Shown here: positions 1 to 11,499 of the stretch, one piece after another
Numbering within the stretch: position 1 is the stretch's first letter
Layout: each line of letters starts with the position of its first letter
Assembly: GCF_001194135.2 (NCBI RefSeq)
Contig: NC_068990.1
Coordinates: 20,704,656 to 20,768,655 of the forward strand
Direction: 5' to 3'
From: Octopus bimaculoides
Lineage: Eukaryota
Length of the DNA: 64,000 nt
The notes under the pieces: model-generated
The model's input: only the letters and a program-made list of their open reading frames with translations
Databases searched by the model: none
Told to the model about the DNA's origin: nothing
Translations under genes and position numbers: made by a program

Positions 1-16
1 TACTCTATCTGTGTGC

Positions 17-200
17 ATGCATACACATGCATAATTACATGTATACCTACCTACCGACCTGCCTATCTTCCTACCTACCTACCTACCTACTTACCTACCT
101 ACCTACCTACCTACCTGCCTACCTACCTATCTACCTACCTACCTACATACATGCATACATACATACATACATACATACATACACATATATATATATATAC
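17..200. repeat. Compound (CTAC)n/(CATA)n/(TA)n microsatellite
   Basis: Direct reading of tandem tetra- and dinucleotide units. Confidence 0.9.
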
Positions 201-447
201 TAATTGAGTTAGAATGCAGAGAGATCTAATGGATACAAATTAACGTATTAATTAATCAACATATTAAGTAAATATTGTTTCATTTCTAGAGATTAAAATT
301 ACGAAGGATATATAAAATTATGATGTATTCGCATTTTAAATACCTTGTCAGGGAAATCGTCAGGGTTTTCAGAGGACAGTTATGATTACATTACAATACT
401 TTCGAAATATACGGATTATAAAAGCATATTTACTACGTGTCTATATA

Positions 448-666
448 CAGGTTGTTCAAAAAGTCTCTCCACAGTGAATTTTTTCATGCTGCACATCACC
501 ATAGCGCTACTTGAAGAACGGATTATTTCGAAGGAAATTTGGCCACCAAGATCACCTGATTTAACACGGTCAGACTTAATTTTCGCGAGCAAGTAAAGGA
601 TCAGTTTATAAGAATTGCCCAAATACCACTCAATACTTACTGCGGAGAGACTTTTTAAACACCCTG
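448..666 (+). mobile_element. 219-bp internally deleted Tc1/mariner-superfamily (ITm) element / MITE
   Basis: Terminal inverted repeats cagg(t/g)tgtt(c/t)aaaaagtctctcc(a/g)cagt at 448 and ending 666. TA on both sides (446-447, 667-668). The interior encodes RIISKEIWPPRSPDL, a transposase C-terminal motif. Confidence 0.85.
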
Positions 667-725
667 TATACGTGTGTGCGGGTACACATGCATAAAACTA
701 TTCCTTTTATTTCAGTTCAATTATA

Positions 726-1979
726 ATGGGTTGGCAACTAAGTTCCCGCCGTTTAATAGAAAATAACAACTAATTAATCAATAATGTATTCGCCCTTCTT
801 GTTTACAATTTCTTCCCAACGTTAAACAAGATATTCAATACCTCGTTGGTAGAAATCACCCGATTTCGACTCGAAAAATTGATCCAACCAAGCTCTCAAT
901 GTTGCATCAGTAATGAACGAAACTCCGCGCATAGCATTTGAAAGAGATCGAAAGAGGTGGAAATCCGTTAGCACTTCCCAGCCATGCGTTTGAATGGCTT
1001 CCTTGGTCATATTGGCGATATGAGGGCGGGTGTTGTCGTGCAGCAGAAGAACTCCATGCTCCTGATTAGGTCTTTTCTCTTGAATAGCCAGGTTGAGTCG
1101 TTCCATCTGTTGAACATAGAGTTCCACGTTGACTGTTTGGTTCCATTCAAGCAATTCGTAATGGATAATCCCTTCCCAGTCCCACCATGCGCCCAACATC
1201 GTTTTACGCGGATGAAGATCTTGTTTCACGCGCGGTGTCGCTTGTTTACCGGGGCTAAGCCATTCCTTACGCTGCTTCATATTGATGTACAGACACCATT
1301 TCTCGTCGCCAGTAACGATGCTGTAAAGAAATCATTGCTTGTGTTCATGAGTTGAGCGGTGACGAGCATGCAAACCAGCGGAGATTGTGGCTCGTTGATT
1401 TTTGTTGTTGTCACATAAAGCATGCAGAACCCATGCAGAATACTTCTGAACCTTTCCCATCGAGTGAAGATGCTTTTCCATAGCAGTGTGGGAACATTCC
1501 ATTTTCTCTGCCAGTTCGCTTCCCGTTTGACGAGAATTTTCATACAATAGTTGATTTAATCTCTCTTCATTGAACTCAACTGGACGGCCAGAACGAGGTG
1601 CGACCTTGAGGTCAAATTTTTCATTTTTGAACTTGGCATACCAATCACCAGCGGTTCTTTCAGCTATGGCACCCTTTCCATGCACAGCACAAATTTTGCG
1701 AGCAGCTTTTGCAGCCTTAGAACCTTGATTAAAATTTTTAAAAAGGAGGTGTCGAAAATGCTCGTTTTTCTTAACTTGACATTCCATTTTAATGATCTGA
1801 AAATAAGCAAAAATAAACTAAAATTAATTATCAAGCCTCTTTAAAATCTGAAAAAATAAAATGCCCCAGAAGTAAGTTTATGAATCTGTTTTGCAAGTTT
1901 CGTCATGTGAAATCGTGTACTGGAACGGGTATTGTTGTATTTCATGATGGTGATATTATCTTTATTTGTTGCCAAACAA
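726..1979 (-). mobile_element. Near full-length decayed mariner (DD34D-type) transposon, ~1.25 kb
   Basis: TIR atgggttggcaactaag at 726 preceded by TA. Degenerate partner tttgttgccaaacaa near 1965-1979. Transposase pseudogene inside. Confidence 0.8.
822..1787 (-). pseudogene. Mariner transposase pseudogene
   Basis: ORFs 1332-1787 (HTH region, PRSGRP) and 822-1280 (HDN motif) are in the same frame, separated by a TGA at 1332-1334. The intervening sequence reads FLYSIVTGDEKW. The YSPDLAP motif is deleted before TDFHLF. Confidence 0.92.
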
Positions 1980-3154
1980 GCACATGCAGAACAGAACCAG
2001 GGGAAACACGCGGATGGAAGAGTCACTAAAGAGGTCACAGATACGTGACAAAGTAGTTCCAGACAATAGACATAAGATAAAATAAGAAAATAGTAAACGA
2101 GTAAAGAACGAATATATAATGCGTGTATTTATTTGGCAAAATAAATAAATAAGACTAGCCAACGCCTAAGTACTGGAGACCAGTTAGTCGACATCACAGT
2201 ACATATAATACGCTTCACACACAAACACACACTCAAACACACACACAAAGACACGTTTACATACCACGACCCAGCATACGTATACAGCATATAGACGCTA
2301 CTTTGTCTGTAAATACATGCAGTAATCACTCACCATATTGTGGTTTACCTATGGTGCCATCAGTACATCGCGGAATTTTCTGGATATTATATGTAAATTT
2401 ATATCGTGGGCTACTCAGTATATCGTGGGTTTCTCCGACCGATAACTATTTATACTTTTGTAGATTTTAATTATTTCTGTGGTAAAATAAGCGAAAGGAT
2501 TATTGAAATTAACCATTACTCATTTTGCCCCAGTTTAGACATCAGTTTTTGAAAATTGAAATTTATCAACTTAGCGAATAGTGTAGGAGAAAATAGAACA
2601 AAACAGAGGAAAGAATTTGGATTGTTGAATACCAGAAATTATCTAGATATTTTACTAGCAACCTCAATTACAACTGAATCAAAGTTGAGGGAAAATTTAT
2701 TGAAAATAAAGTACCTGTTACCTGATGGTTTCAATCTGCCTCAACTGCATCAACAACAATGGTAGCCAATGTTTACTCTGAAAGATGATGCAAGAATACG
2801 AAATAGTCATGCAATACTTGCAATGTAATATTTTCAAACAAGTAGTAAGAAATTGACAAGAAACTGATAATTACTCATTCTGCCCCACTTCGCCGTAGTT
2901 ATTTCAAGTATTTTACAAAATGACAAAAAAATAGTGAAGAAAGAAAATCCGGTTTAATGAAAAGATGTGAATATAAAAGTAATAATTCTAAAGCTGAAAA
3001 AGAAATGCATTGAGCTGTTCAGTGTTTTAATCTTATAATTAAAGCTAAAGTCAAAATCTAAATTTTGCAACATATTACTGACTTGCTCTTTCGTAAAATA
3101 AGACCAGTTTTCAATGGCGCCTGAAGTAATGAAGTTTACAATGACAATATATCT

Positions 3155-3163
3155 TTGTGTGTA

Positions 3164-3234
<71 letters not shown>
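3155..3234. repeat. (GT)n microsatellite
   Basis: Direct reading. Confidence 0.95.
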
Positions 3235-3236
<2 letters not shown>

Positions 3237-4495
3237 AATAGTCAGTGGTCAATCTAACGTCACTGTGTTCAGTCATGCATTGAAAGAAGAAATCTGAACT
3301 AGAGACAATAACTAACTTCTTTCTATCAATCTTTTTATCCCTCTTTATAAACATTTATCCTCTCTCTCACTCACATACACACATAAACACACACACATAC
3401 AGACACACATAAACACACTTTTATCACAGGTACAGCATCATGTGTCCAGAACATCCGTTTCAAGAGCATTTCGGATTACTGATTTTCCGAACCAGCAGCT
3501 GGTCACAATGCAAATAAAAAAACTAGTTTAAGCAATTAAATACAATACAGGAACCTGTATCGTAGTGTAATTGATAAAATTGTATTAATATTGCACTGTA
3601 CAGCAACTAGAATTAGTGAATTAGTACGGATCATAAGAGATACCAGTTCAGCTTTCCGGAATGTCGGTGTTGTAATTGTAATATGCCATACTGAAAGGCC
3701 ATAGCGTTTGAATCAGATCTTTGGGAATGCGATGAAAATTCCTAACATCTTTTAGTTTTATTAAACCTCTTTAGCTAAGTTTGGTTTTAGTTTTGCCAGA
3801 TCTGATATGACGGGAGACTTGTAGACATTACAGTAAATAATCGATGCATGTTGTAGAATACATAGACAAGTGATTCGATAACCACGCCCTGAGGCCTCTT
3901 GTTTGGTATTGTTGTCTGGTACCTTGTTAATTAATTCTTAAGGACGGAATAAAATTTAACATGTCTGGCCATATGGCAAAGCTAAAGAAACCGTTTGAGA
4001 GTTAACAGCTGAGCTTAGAACTTGTTTTCATAGCAACAAAATATAAAGAATATGTATTGATATCTGTTTTAACTCACAACGAAAATTTCTGTGAAATGCG
4101 TCAGATTAACACGATCCTATCAGTTTCAGTGATGTCGTTATATTCTTTAGGAAAACTTCTTTTACACCGAAGCGTATGAAAATAATGGCTCTATTGATTG
4201 TTTCAATGGAAAAAATAGGAAATATTGACCTTCAAGCAACAAGCAATAATCTCCGTTTTATTCAGACAAACATTTGCTTCTTTATATTTAACATATGACA
4301 AATATGATTCGAAAGCCATGCTTATATGTATGTATGTATGTATGTATAGAGAGACATACACATATGTACATACACACACACANNNNNNNNNNNNNNNNNN
4401 NNNNNNNNNNNNNNNNNNNNNNNNNNNNNNNNNNNNNNNNNNNNNNNNNNNNNNNNNNNNNNNNNNNNNNNNNNNNNNNNNNNNNNNNNNNNNNN

Positions 4496-4538
<43 letters not shown>

Positions 4539-4564
4539 ATATAGGTATGCATGTATGTATGTAT

Positions 4565-4740
4565 TTGAAATTTATAGAAAAGCAGAAGACGAAGACAGGT
4601 GTATGAACAACAAACAAATGCATCCGCTTGACACTCAGGAAAATGAAAGTCTTTTACGTTTCGAACTTGCGTCTTCAACAGAAAGGAATAGCAGAGAATA
4701 AACAGAGAATTAAAACAACTTGTACATTTCAGCAGCGTCT
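4565..4740 (-). mobile_element. Short interspersed repeat with hammerhead-like motif (putative Penelope-like element derivative)
   Basis: Shares tttctgttgaag...tcgaaacgtaaaagacttt and acacctgtcttcgt blocks with copies at ~17.9, 24.4, 26.0, 39.6, 61.1 and 61.8 kb. Confidence 0.6.
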
Positions 4741-4807
4741 GTGGATGTATGTATGTATGTATGTATATACAGAGAAAGACAGGGAATGAGGGGGGCAACT
4801 GAATTTC

Positions 4808-4815
4808 TATAAATA
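4808..4815 (+). promoter_or_regulatory. TATA box of the serine protease gene
   Basis: TATAAATA about 50 nt upstream of a ccaccATG start that opens a signal-peptide exon. Confidence 0.7.
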
Positions 4816-4859
4816 TGCACTGCAAACTGTGTGCATGCAGATCTCAGGTGTTGCCCACC

Positions 4860-4920
4860 ATGTATAAATCTCTTGGCTTGATCATCCTGGCAGTGGTGGC
4901 CTGCCTCTATGCAATACCGA
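4860..4920 (+). CDS. Serine protease exon 1 (signal peptide MYKSLGLIILAVVACLYAIP)
   Basis: ccaccATG, hydrophobic core, donor a|gtaagt at 4921; phase 1 matches exon 2. Confidence 0.88.
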
Positions 4921-5834
4921 GTAAGTTGGAGAAAAAAGCTTGTTTTGACATCTTTTCGATTTCGTTAATTATTCTATACGCCTCTTATAGCATTAATGAT
5001 TTCAATGTACAATTTTCGTGTATAATTCAATAACTTCAAATGTAAATGCTTAGTTTTTTCTGGTCATACAAAGTAGAATTTCTGTTTACGAATGCCTCGC
5101 ATCACGAAAAAATTGTTTACGAATAACTTTTCGAACATAAAGCGTCTCCGCTGATGTATGCTGTCTTGAATAACGAATACGCAAACCGTTAACCACGGTT
5201 GACAAGAAGCAGGAGAACGTCTTTTGTTTTCTAACTTTCACTCTGTGGACATCCCTGTTCGATTGAATTAATTATGCCTTCTCGTGTGATTCCTATGGAA
5301 AATAATTTTGTTTTACTGAAATTTCGAGTAACAGACTCCCTTCAGGAATGAAGTAAATTCATAAATCAAGGTTGTATTGCATTAAATTCATTATAATTTT
5401 CAATGTTTTATGACTTATATTGAGATTAGCTTTGCTTTCGCTAGTATATCATTTAAAGACAAAGGAGAAAATGGTGCGAAACGTAACAAGAATATGAGAG
5501 AATTCTCGTTACCGTGGCATAGAGAGTAAACGTATTTTCATTTTTTTTTACTAACGTCTGTAGTCTTTTGAAAACAAATTCGGTAACGATTTACATTAAT
5601 ATTCCCTCGTTATCATAATCAAAATAGCGTATATGAACCTCAAAAATTTGACTGCTATTTATTTTCACGACACAAGATCAACTGTGACGTTGAATCTAAA
5701 ACAAAATATCAGAGTTAAAAGAGTGCTTAAACTAATACGAATGAGGGATTTACTCAGGCCTTACTACCACCATGCTAACGCAATCGAATATACGTGTGTG
5801 CAGTGAGAAACTTAAGATATTTTCTTGTTTTTAG

Positions 5835-5991
5835 TTAAGAATGTAAACGAACATATTGTGAGTGGAACTGAAAGTCAATATTGTGAGTTTCCTCACATGG
5901 TATTCCTCAATGTTTCCCTGGTTGACGGAGGAGGTATCTGTGGTGGAACTTTGATTAGCGATAAACATGTCTTGACAGCAGCCCATTGTGT
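5835..5991 (+). CDS. Serine protease exon 2 (propeptide, IVSG N-terminus, His57 motif TAAHC)
   Basis: Acceptor tttcttgtttttag, donor gt|gtaagt. Reads IKNVNEHIVSGTESQYCEFPHMVFL...ICGGTLISDKHVLTAAHC. Confidence 0.96.
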
Positions 5992-6178
5992 GTAAGTATG
6001 TTTGTCTGTTTCTACCATTGAATCCCTGCTGTGCTAGGGCTCCGCCTTGAAGGGTTTATATTTCGAACCCACCCCTATCTCCGAAGAAAAAAAAATCTTC
6101 TCTAGTAATCATATTCTTTAATTCTAACTTATTTTATCGAACTTGTTTGCTGGAACATACATACACACATAAATAAAT

Positions 6179-6216
<38 letters not shown>

Positions 6217-6914
6217 GCACACATATATATATATATGTATATGTGTGTGTGCATGTGTGTGTGTGTGTGTGTGCATCAGGCTTCTACACAGTTTCTGTCT
6301 ACCAAGTACTCTCATAAGGCAGAAGTTTTATAATCATGATAAACATGTCTGGCTGGAGATGTGGAAATACATTGTCTCTGGCATATATACCACCTTATTT
6401 GAAAATAAAGTTAAATGAGATTTCATAGGTATTTAACTGTTATTTCTAGCAGCTCAAACTACTAAATTGAAAGCTTCTACAACACTGATTGACCTCCTAG
6501 AAATTGCAGCCAAAGTTCTTTCAAATCACATCCTACCATTTTAAGTTCCAAATATTCAAATTTTAGAGATAACCAAAAATAATGAAATGCAAAATATAGA
6601 ACGCCACGACACAAAAATTGGATATTTATGGTAATTCTAGATTCCATATTCAACAGCAAAGTTTGTTTATATTCCTTCGTTTGAGATATAACAAAATCTT
6701 TGGAACTTTTCTTCCAAAAGATAACATGTTTCAATTATTTTATTTATAGTCATTTTAAGTATATGTAAAATATAAACTTATTAAACCGACTGTATGTACA
6801 CGAACAGCAGAACTACCAAGTGGTTCAACAGATTTCTTTTCAAAATATAGTTTAAATTCTCTCATTGATCTTCAGAAAGTAGAATGAAGGTTTAATGCAA
6901 TATTGATCTCAAAT

Positions 6915-7497
6915 TTTGACACAAAGCCAGCAATTTCAAGAGAGGAATAAGGCGATTACATCTACCCTTTTGTTCAAATGGTACTTATTTTATCATCACC
7001 GAATGAATGCGAGGCAAATCGACCACGGCAGAATTTCATCTTAGAACAGCTGGCTCGTCGCCTTAAGTTTAGTAAGATATCGAATTTGGCACAAGGCTAG
7101 CAATTTCGAGGTAGGGGTAAGTCGATTACATAGACCCAGGTGCTTAACTGATACTTAGTTTATCAATCTCGATGTGATGAAAGGTAAAGTAGACTCCAGC
7201 GGAGTTAGAACTCTCACCGTAATGAAGGACGAAATGCTGCTAAGTATTTTCACCGGCGTGCTAACGATTCTATCAGTTTGCCGCCTTAAGGTTTAGCAAG
7301 ATATCAATGTCAAATTTTAGCTCAATGTCAGTAATAACAGGTGAAGCTGGTAAGTCGATTACACTTATTTTATAAACCCCGAGACGATGAAAGACAATGT
7401 AGTTATCGACGAAATTCGAAATCCGACCGCAAAGATGGACGAAATATCGTTAAGCATTTGGCCCGGCGTGCTAACCGGTCTGTCAGCTCATTGTCTT
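6915..7497 (-). mobile_element. Three tandem copies of the abundant SINE (family A) in intron 2
   Basis: Each copy carries gtcgattaca...ggtacttattttatc...gacgaaat...gctaac blocks also found at more than ten other sites in the window. Confidence 0.75.
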
Positions 7498-8441
7498 AAG
7501 GTTTTATAAAATATCATAAATTACTATGCGAAAACAAAGCGCCAACTGGTTTCCATTGATATGAGTGAATAGATGCTAGAATATTAACACTGGGTGAGAG
7601 ACAGATATTCCTATATGAGAGAAGAGATTTTCTGCATCAAACATTTCACTCACTAGACAGAATATATCTCACTCAAAACCCCTGCATCATATTTAGAACG
7701 GAAGAACACATTGCATAATTCGGAATTAGAGCAAGTAGAGAAGGATGGTCATATGAGGAATGCATTTAATCATAAACCTGATCAGTAAAGGTTGGCCGAG
7801 TATTAAACGTTAACATTTACGATAGTCAGTTCTTCAAGAAATGGACGATACCAACTCATAAAAAGCGAGAGAGTGGCGTATTTTATACGGGTACTGAAGA
7901 GAAAGTATGAAGAAAAATATCGAGACATATCTTGCGTCCGTTCCCCTTCTCTGTTCTCTACTATTTCGTGGGTTATGGGATAGAATAGTCAGGTGTTTTC
8001 TCCATAGGGTCCTCTCAGAAGAAACCGTGAATACACTCTCTGGCTGTTTGTAAAAACTATTTTCATTGATTATCATGCGTGTGAATAAGCTGGTAATTTC
8101 AGTGGTGAAAATTATAGATGAAACAATGCGTGTATTCGTTTAACAGTAATCAATCTATTGGTTGTAAATTTTTGTGGCTCGTTTAACTTTGTTGAATCTC
8201 AACATAATATGATTAAGTGCTGGGACGGATTTTTAAGTAGGGTTGCTAAATGAAAGGGTGTGATAGTTTAAAAATGTAGATGAAGCACCGACCTAAATCC
8301 TAACAAAAGCTCCAGTACAGTTCCTCTTTTATCTGAGCACTGATGAAGATGATGACGACGACGATGGTGATGACAGTGATGAGGAAGAGGAAGGGTAGAT
8401 AAAGTAGATTTTTATATCATTTGAATTTTCTTTTTCTCCAG

Positions 8442-8566
8442 TCCAGAAGGCGTGGCGGCAATTACTGCTCACATAGGATCAACCAACAAGAAAACTGCAG
8501 TAGTTCGGACACCCGTAAAGAAATGGGTGAAGCATCGAGATTACATTAGAAAGCAAGGAACTGTCG
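8442..8566 (+). CDS. Serine protease exon 3
   Basis: Acceptor ttttctttttctccag, donor g|gttagt. Open frame VPEGVAAITAHIGSTNKK...KWVKHRDYIRKQGTV; phases match both neighbours. Confidence 0.92.
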
Positions 8567-9383
8567 GTTAGTATTTTTTTGTTTTCACCCAAACACAATT
8601 AAAAAATTATGGAAGAAATTAAACCGTTCACAGGTTTTCTGTTTGTAGTTGGCTACGAAGATTCTTTACGTAAACTTTTGTGCTGAAACGGATTTCATTT
8701 TGCGAATAGTAGATACACGCCAAGGTTCTGTTTCATTTCTTTCATTATTAGCTAATTCGTTAACATTTAGTCAATTAACTAACCGATCGTTTGATTAATC
8801 CTTCAGTCAGTGAATCAATCAATCAATCAATCAATCATTCAATCAAAGAATCGATTAAAGAACTAGTATTGTCAAAAGTCACTTAGTCGCCATTGGTGAC
8901 TATGTCGATGACATATCGTCTCTGTTACGATCTGTTGCAGGTCTATTCTGCTTCTCATCAGTTGCTACCACAATATTAACCCTTTCCCTGTGGATATCAG
9001 ATATATCCACTGAAAATTTTTTTTATCCTTAACTGTGGAAAGCAGTTTTATATGACAATCTCTGTTTTCTTGAGGAATGTCATGTTTGAAACCTATTTTT
9101 GCTTATTCAGCCAACATGACTTGCTAAAAATACCAATTCCATTCTTCTTATTACTGGAATAACCACGAAGTTTAATATTGAAATATAACGTGTAAAACCT
9201 TTCTTCGAGTGGAGAAAGGTTTTTCCATTCAAATACAATATCAAAGGAAACATTCATTTCCACCATTTGTTTAAGTAAGAAAATCTTGACTAAGTCATTA
9301 AAATAACGGTTTATCTCAACCCCAAACAGACAAGGGATGAGCCTATATAATGTCAACTGCGCACGTAGCGAATTTCATAATTC

Positions 9384-9484
9384 AGTCATGGGTGTATTGG
9401 TTTTCGTATAATTGTACCCCAGTGTCACTTTGATGTGCTGCTCTCTCACTCAATAATAATAATAATAATATTAATAATAATAAC

Positions 9485-9541
<57 letters not shown>
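9384..9541 (+). mobile_element. 5'-truncated 3' end of an (AAT)n-tailed retroelement plus its tail, in intron 3
   Basis: taccccagtgtcactttgat...ctgctctctcactc(aat)n matches the 3' ends at 44322 and 44903. Confidence 0.8.
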
Positions 9542-9628
9542 TCTGTGTAATGATATATACAAATATTGAATTTTGTTCTTCACATAATTTTGCAAATAAT
9601 GCTTATTGCTCTTCACCTCATTTTGCAG

Positions 9629-9760
9629 ATAATGACATTGCTGTCTTAGAATTGACGACACCTGTCCCGATCAGCGCATGTATCAAGCCTGTGGATTTAC
9701 CAAACAAAGGAGATAAATTCCACAAGAGATGTATAACTGCTGGATGGGGAAAGACCGGAA
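9629..9760 (+). CDS. Serine protease exon 4 (Asp102 motif DNDIAVL)
   Basis: Acceptor ttttgcag, donor a|gtatgt. Reads DNDIAVLELTTPV...CITAGWGKTG. Confidence 0.96.
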
Positions 9761-9877
9761 GTATGTCATGTTAATTTATAAAATTGTATCTCTGCAATTG
9801 AAAGTTTAGTCCCAAATATGATTTATACATTTATTTATTAACAAAATACTTCATGTTCTTTGCCTTTATTTACCTAG

Positions 9878-10023
9878 AACATGGAATTTTCCCAAACCAA
9901 ATGAGACGAACTAATATTGATATCATCCCAAATGATAAATGCCAAAGTTATTCTCCTGGCACCACGGTTGAACAGCATATCTGTGTTGGCGCCCTTTTAA
10001 GAAATGGAACAAATATTTGCTAC
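9878..10023 (+). CDS. Serine protease exon 5
   Basis: Acceptor tttatttacctag, donor tac|gtaata. Reads KHGIFPNQMRRTNIDIIPNDKC...HICVG...GTNICY. Confidence 0.94.
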
Positions 10024-11305
10024 GTAATATGACGCTTATTCACTCTTTCATATTATACGCATATTCCTTCCATTTTTAATTTTCAGTTTTGGTATTGTAT
10101 CCATCCATAGATCCATCCATCCATCCATCCATCCATCCATCCATCCATCCGTTCATCCATCCATAGATCCATCCATTCATTCATCCATCTACCCATCGGT
10201 CCATCCGTCTTTTCATCTGTCTTCGTCCACTATTTCTGTGAGGGTCGTAGGTGCAGAGTCCACAGGCATCACTTCCATATTCGGAGTGAAAATCAGGAAA
10301 AATATGCAGTTGTAGTGGTGACTAAAGGAACAAAGGGAGTCAACTGTTGAATGTTAGCTCTCTGATTGCTCTCTGCTATATAAGTGGATTCTCCGATTGT
10401 AAACGAAATGTGAGGATTCTGTAATTTCTTGCGCTACAACCTGCACAGCGGATCTGTTTATGAGGAACAAACATTTGTTAGAGTACATTCGCTCACTCTT
10501 TCCATTAAATAGACATTGCCTATACAGAGACACACAGTGTACTACACGTCAGATGTGGAAGTGAGTGTAAAGTAACGCAAAATGAATTGATTTCCTCAAC
10601 CGTACAACGTAACCCGGTCTTCCGATCGTCATTTCAATAAGCTAACCATTACGTCACTCATCTTCGCCTTCTACAAATGCGTTTTTTTTTTCTTTCTGAA
10701 TCCTAATGCAACCCGGAGGGAAAAGAAACAGTTAAATAGTGCAGGTACATTTCTCATTTATAAGAAAATTAAAATGAATATTTGAGCAGAATTTTGTTTT
10801 ATTAATTTTGTAAATGCGCTGTTTTCATCTCTCTTTGTCTCTCTCACACACAAACACATCCACATACCCACACACACATGTTCTTTCTCTCTTACTCTCT
10901 CTTTATCTATTTCTCTGTTTGTCTGTCTCTCTGTCTGTCTGTCTGTCTCTCTCTTGCACATTCTCTAAATATATTCACCATTTTATATGAATTAAGCTGT
11001 ATAAATATTTATTTCATTGATAAATTTTTTAACAGTTAATTTCTAATGCTTGAATCCTAAGTAGATAAACTTATATGTAATAGCCTGCACATATTGTTCT
11101 TCTTTTTTAAAACAAAACCACTTTTAGGTGTGTGTGGTCGGGAACGACTGTTTCACAAGTTTTGTTTAACACAATATTTATATGTTATTATCAATAACCT
11201 TATCTACTTTCGAATCAATTGTTTGAAAATAAATTATTTCACGTTCTATCGAAATGTGTCAATTATTATGACGTAAAAAAATATTCAAAAATGTTTATTT
11301 CACAG

Positions 11306-11464
11306 GGAGATTCTGGCGGTGGTCTTCTCTGCACGACGACCGTTGACTACAAATATGTCGTTGCTGGCGTTGCCTCTTATGGTTATGATTGTGATGAAGG
11401 ATTCGCTGTCTTCACAAACACCGCCAATTACAGAGATTTCATTGATGAGAATATTACAGAGTAA
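11306..11464 (+). CDS. Serine protease exon 6 (Ser195 motif GDSGGG, stop)
   Basis: Acceptor tttatttcacag. Reads GDSGGGLLC...VAGVASYGYDC...FIDENITE*. Confidence 0.97.
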   Translation, partial: GDSGGGLLCTTTVDYKYVVAGVASYGYDCDEGFAVFTNTANYRDFIDENITE

Positions 11465-11493
11465 TTGGTTCCAAACAATGAACCATTTTATTA

Positions 11494-11499
11494 AATAAA
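11494..11499 (+). promoter_or_regulatory. Polyadenylation signal AATAAA
   Basis: Overlapping AATAAA hexamers 30 nt after the stop codon. Confidence 0.7.

Larger units (their letters stand above)
4860..11464 (+). other. Gene span: secreted S1A (trypsin-fold) serine protease, 6 exons, 259 aa
   Basis: Exons of 61+157+125+132+146+159 = 780 nt join in frame with GT-AG introns (phases 1,2,1,1,0). Product: signal peptide, KNVNEH|IVSG, TAAHC, DNDIA, ICYGDSGGG. Confidence 0.95.
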
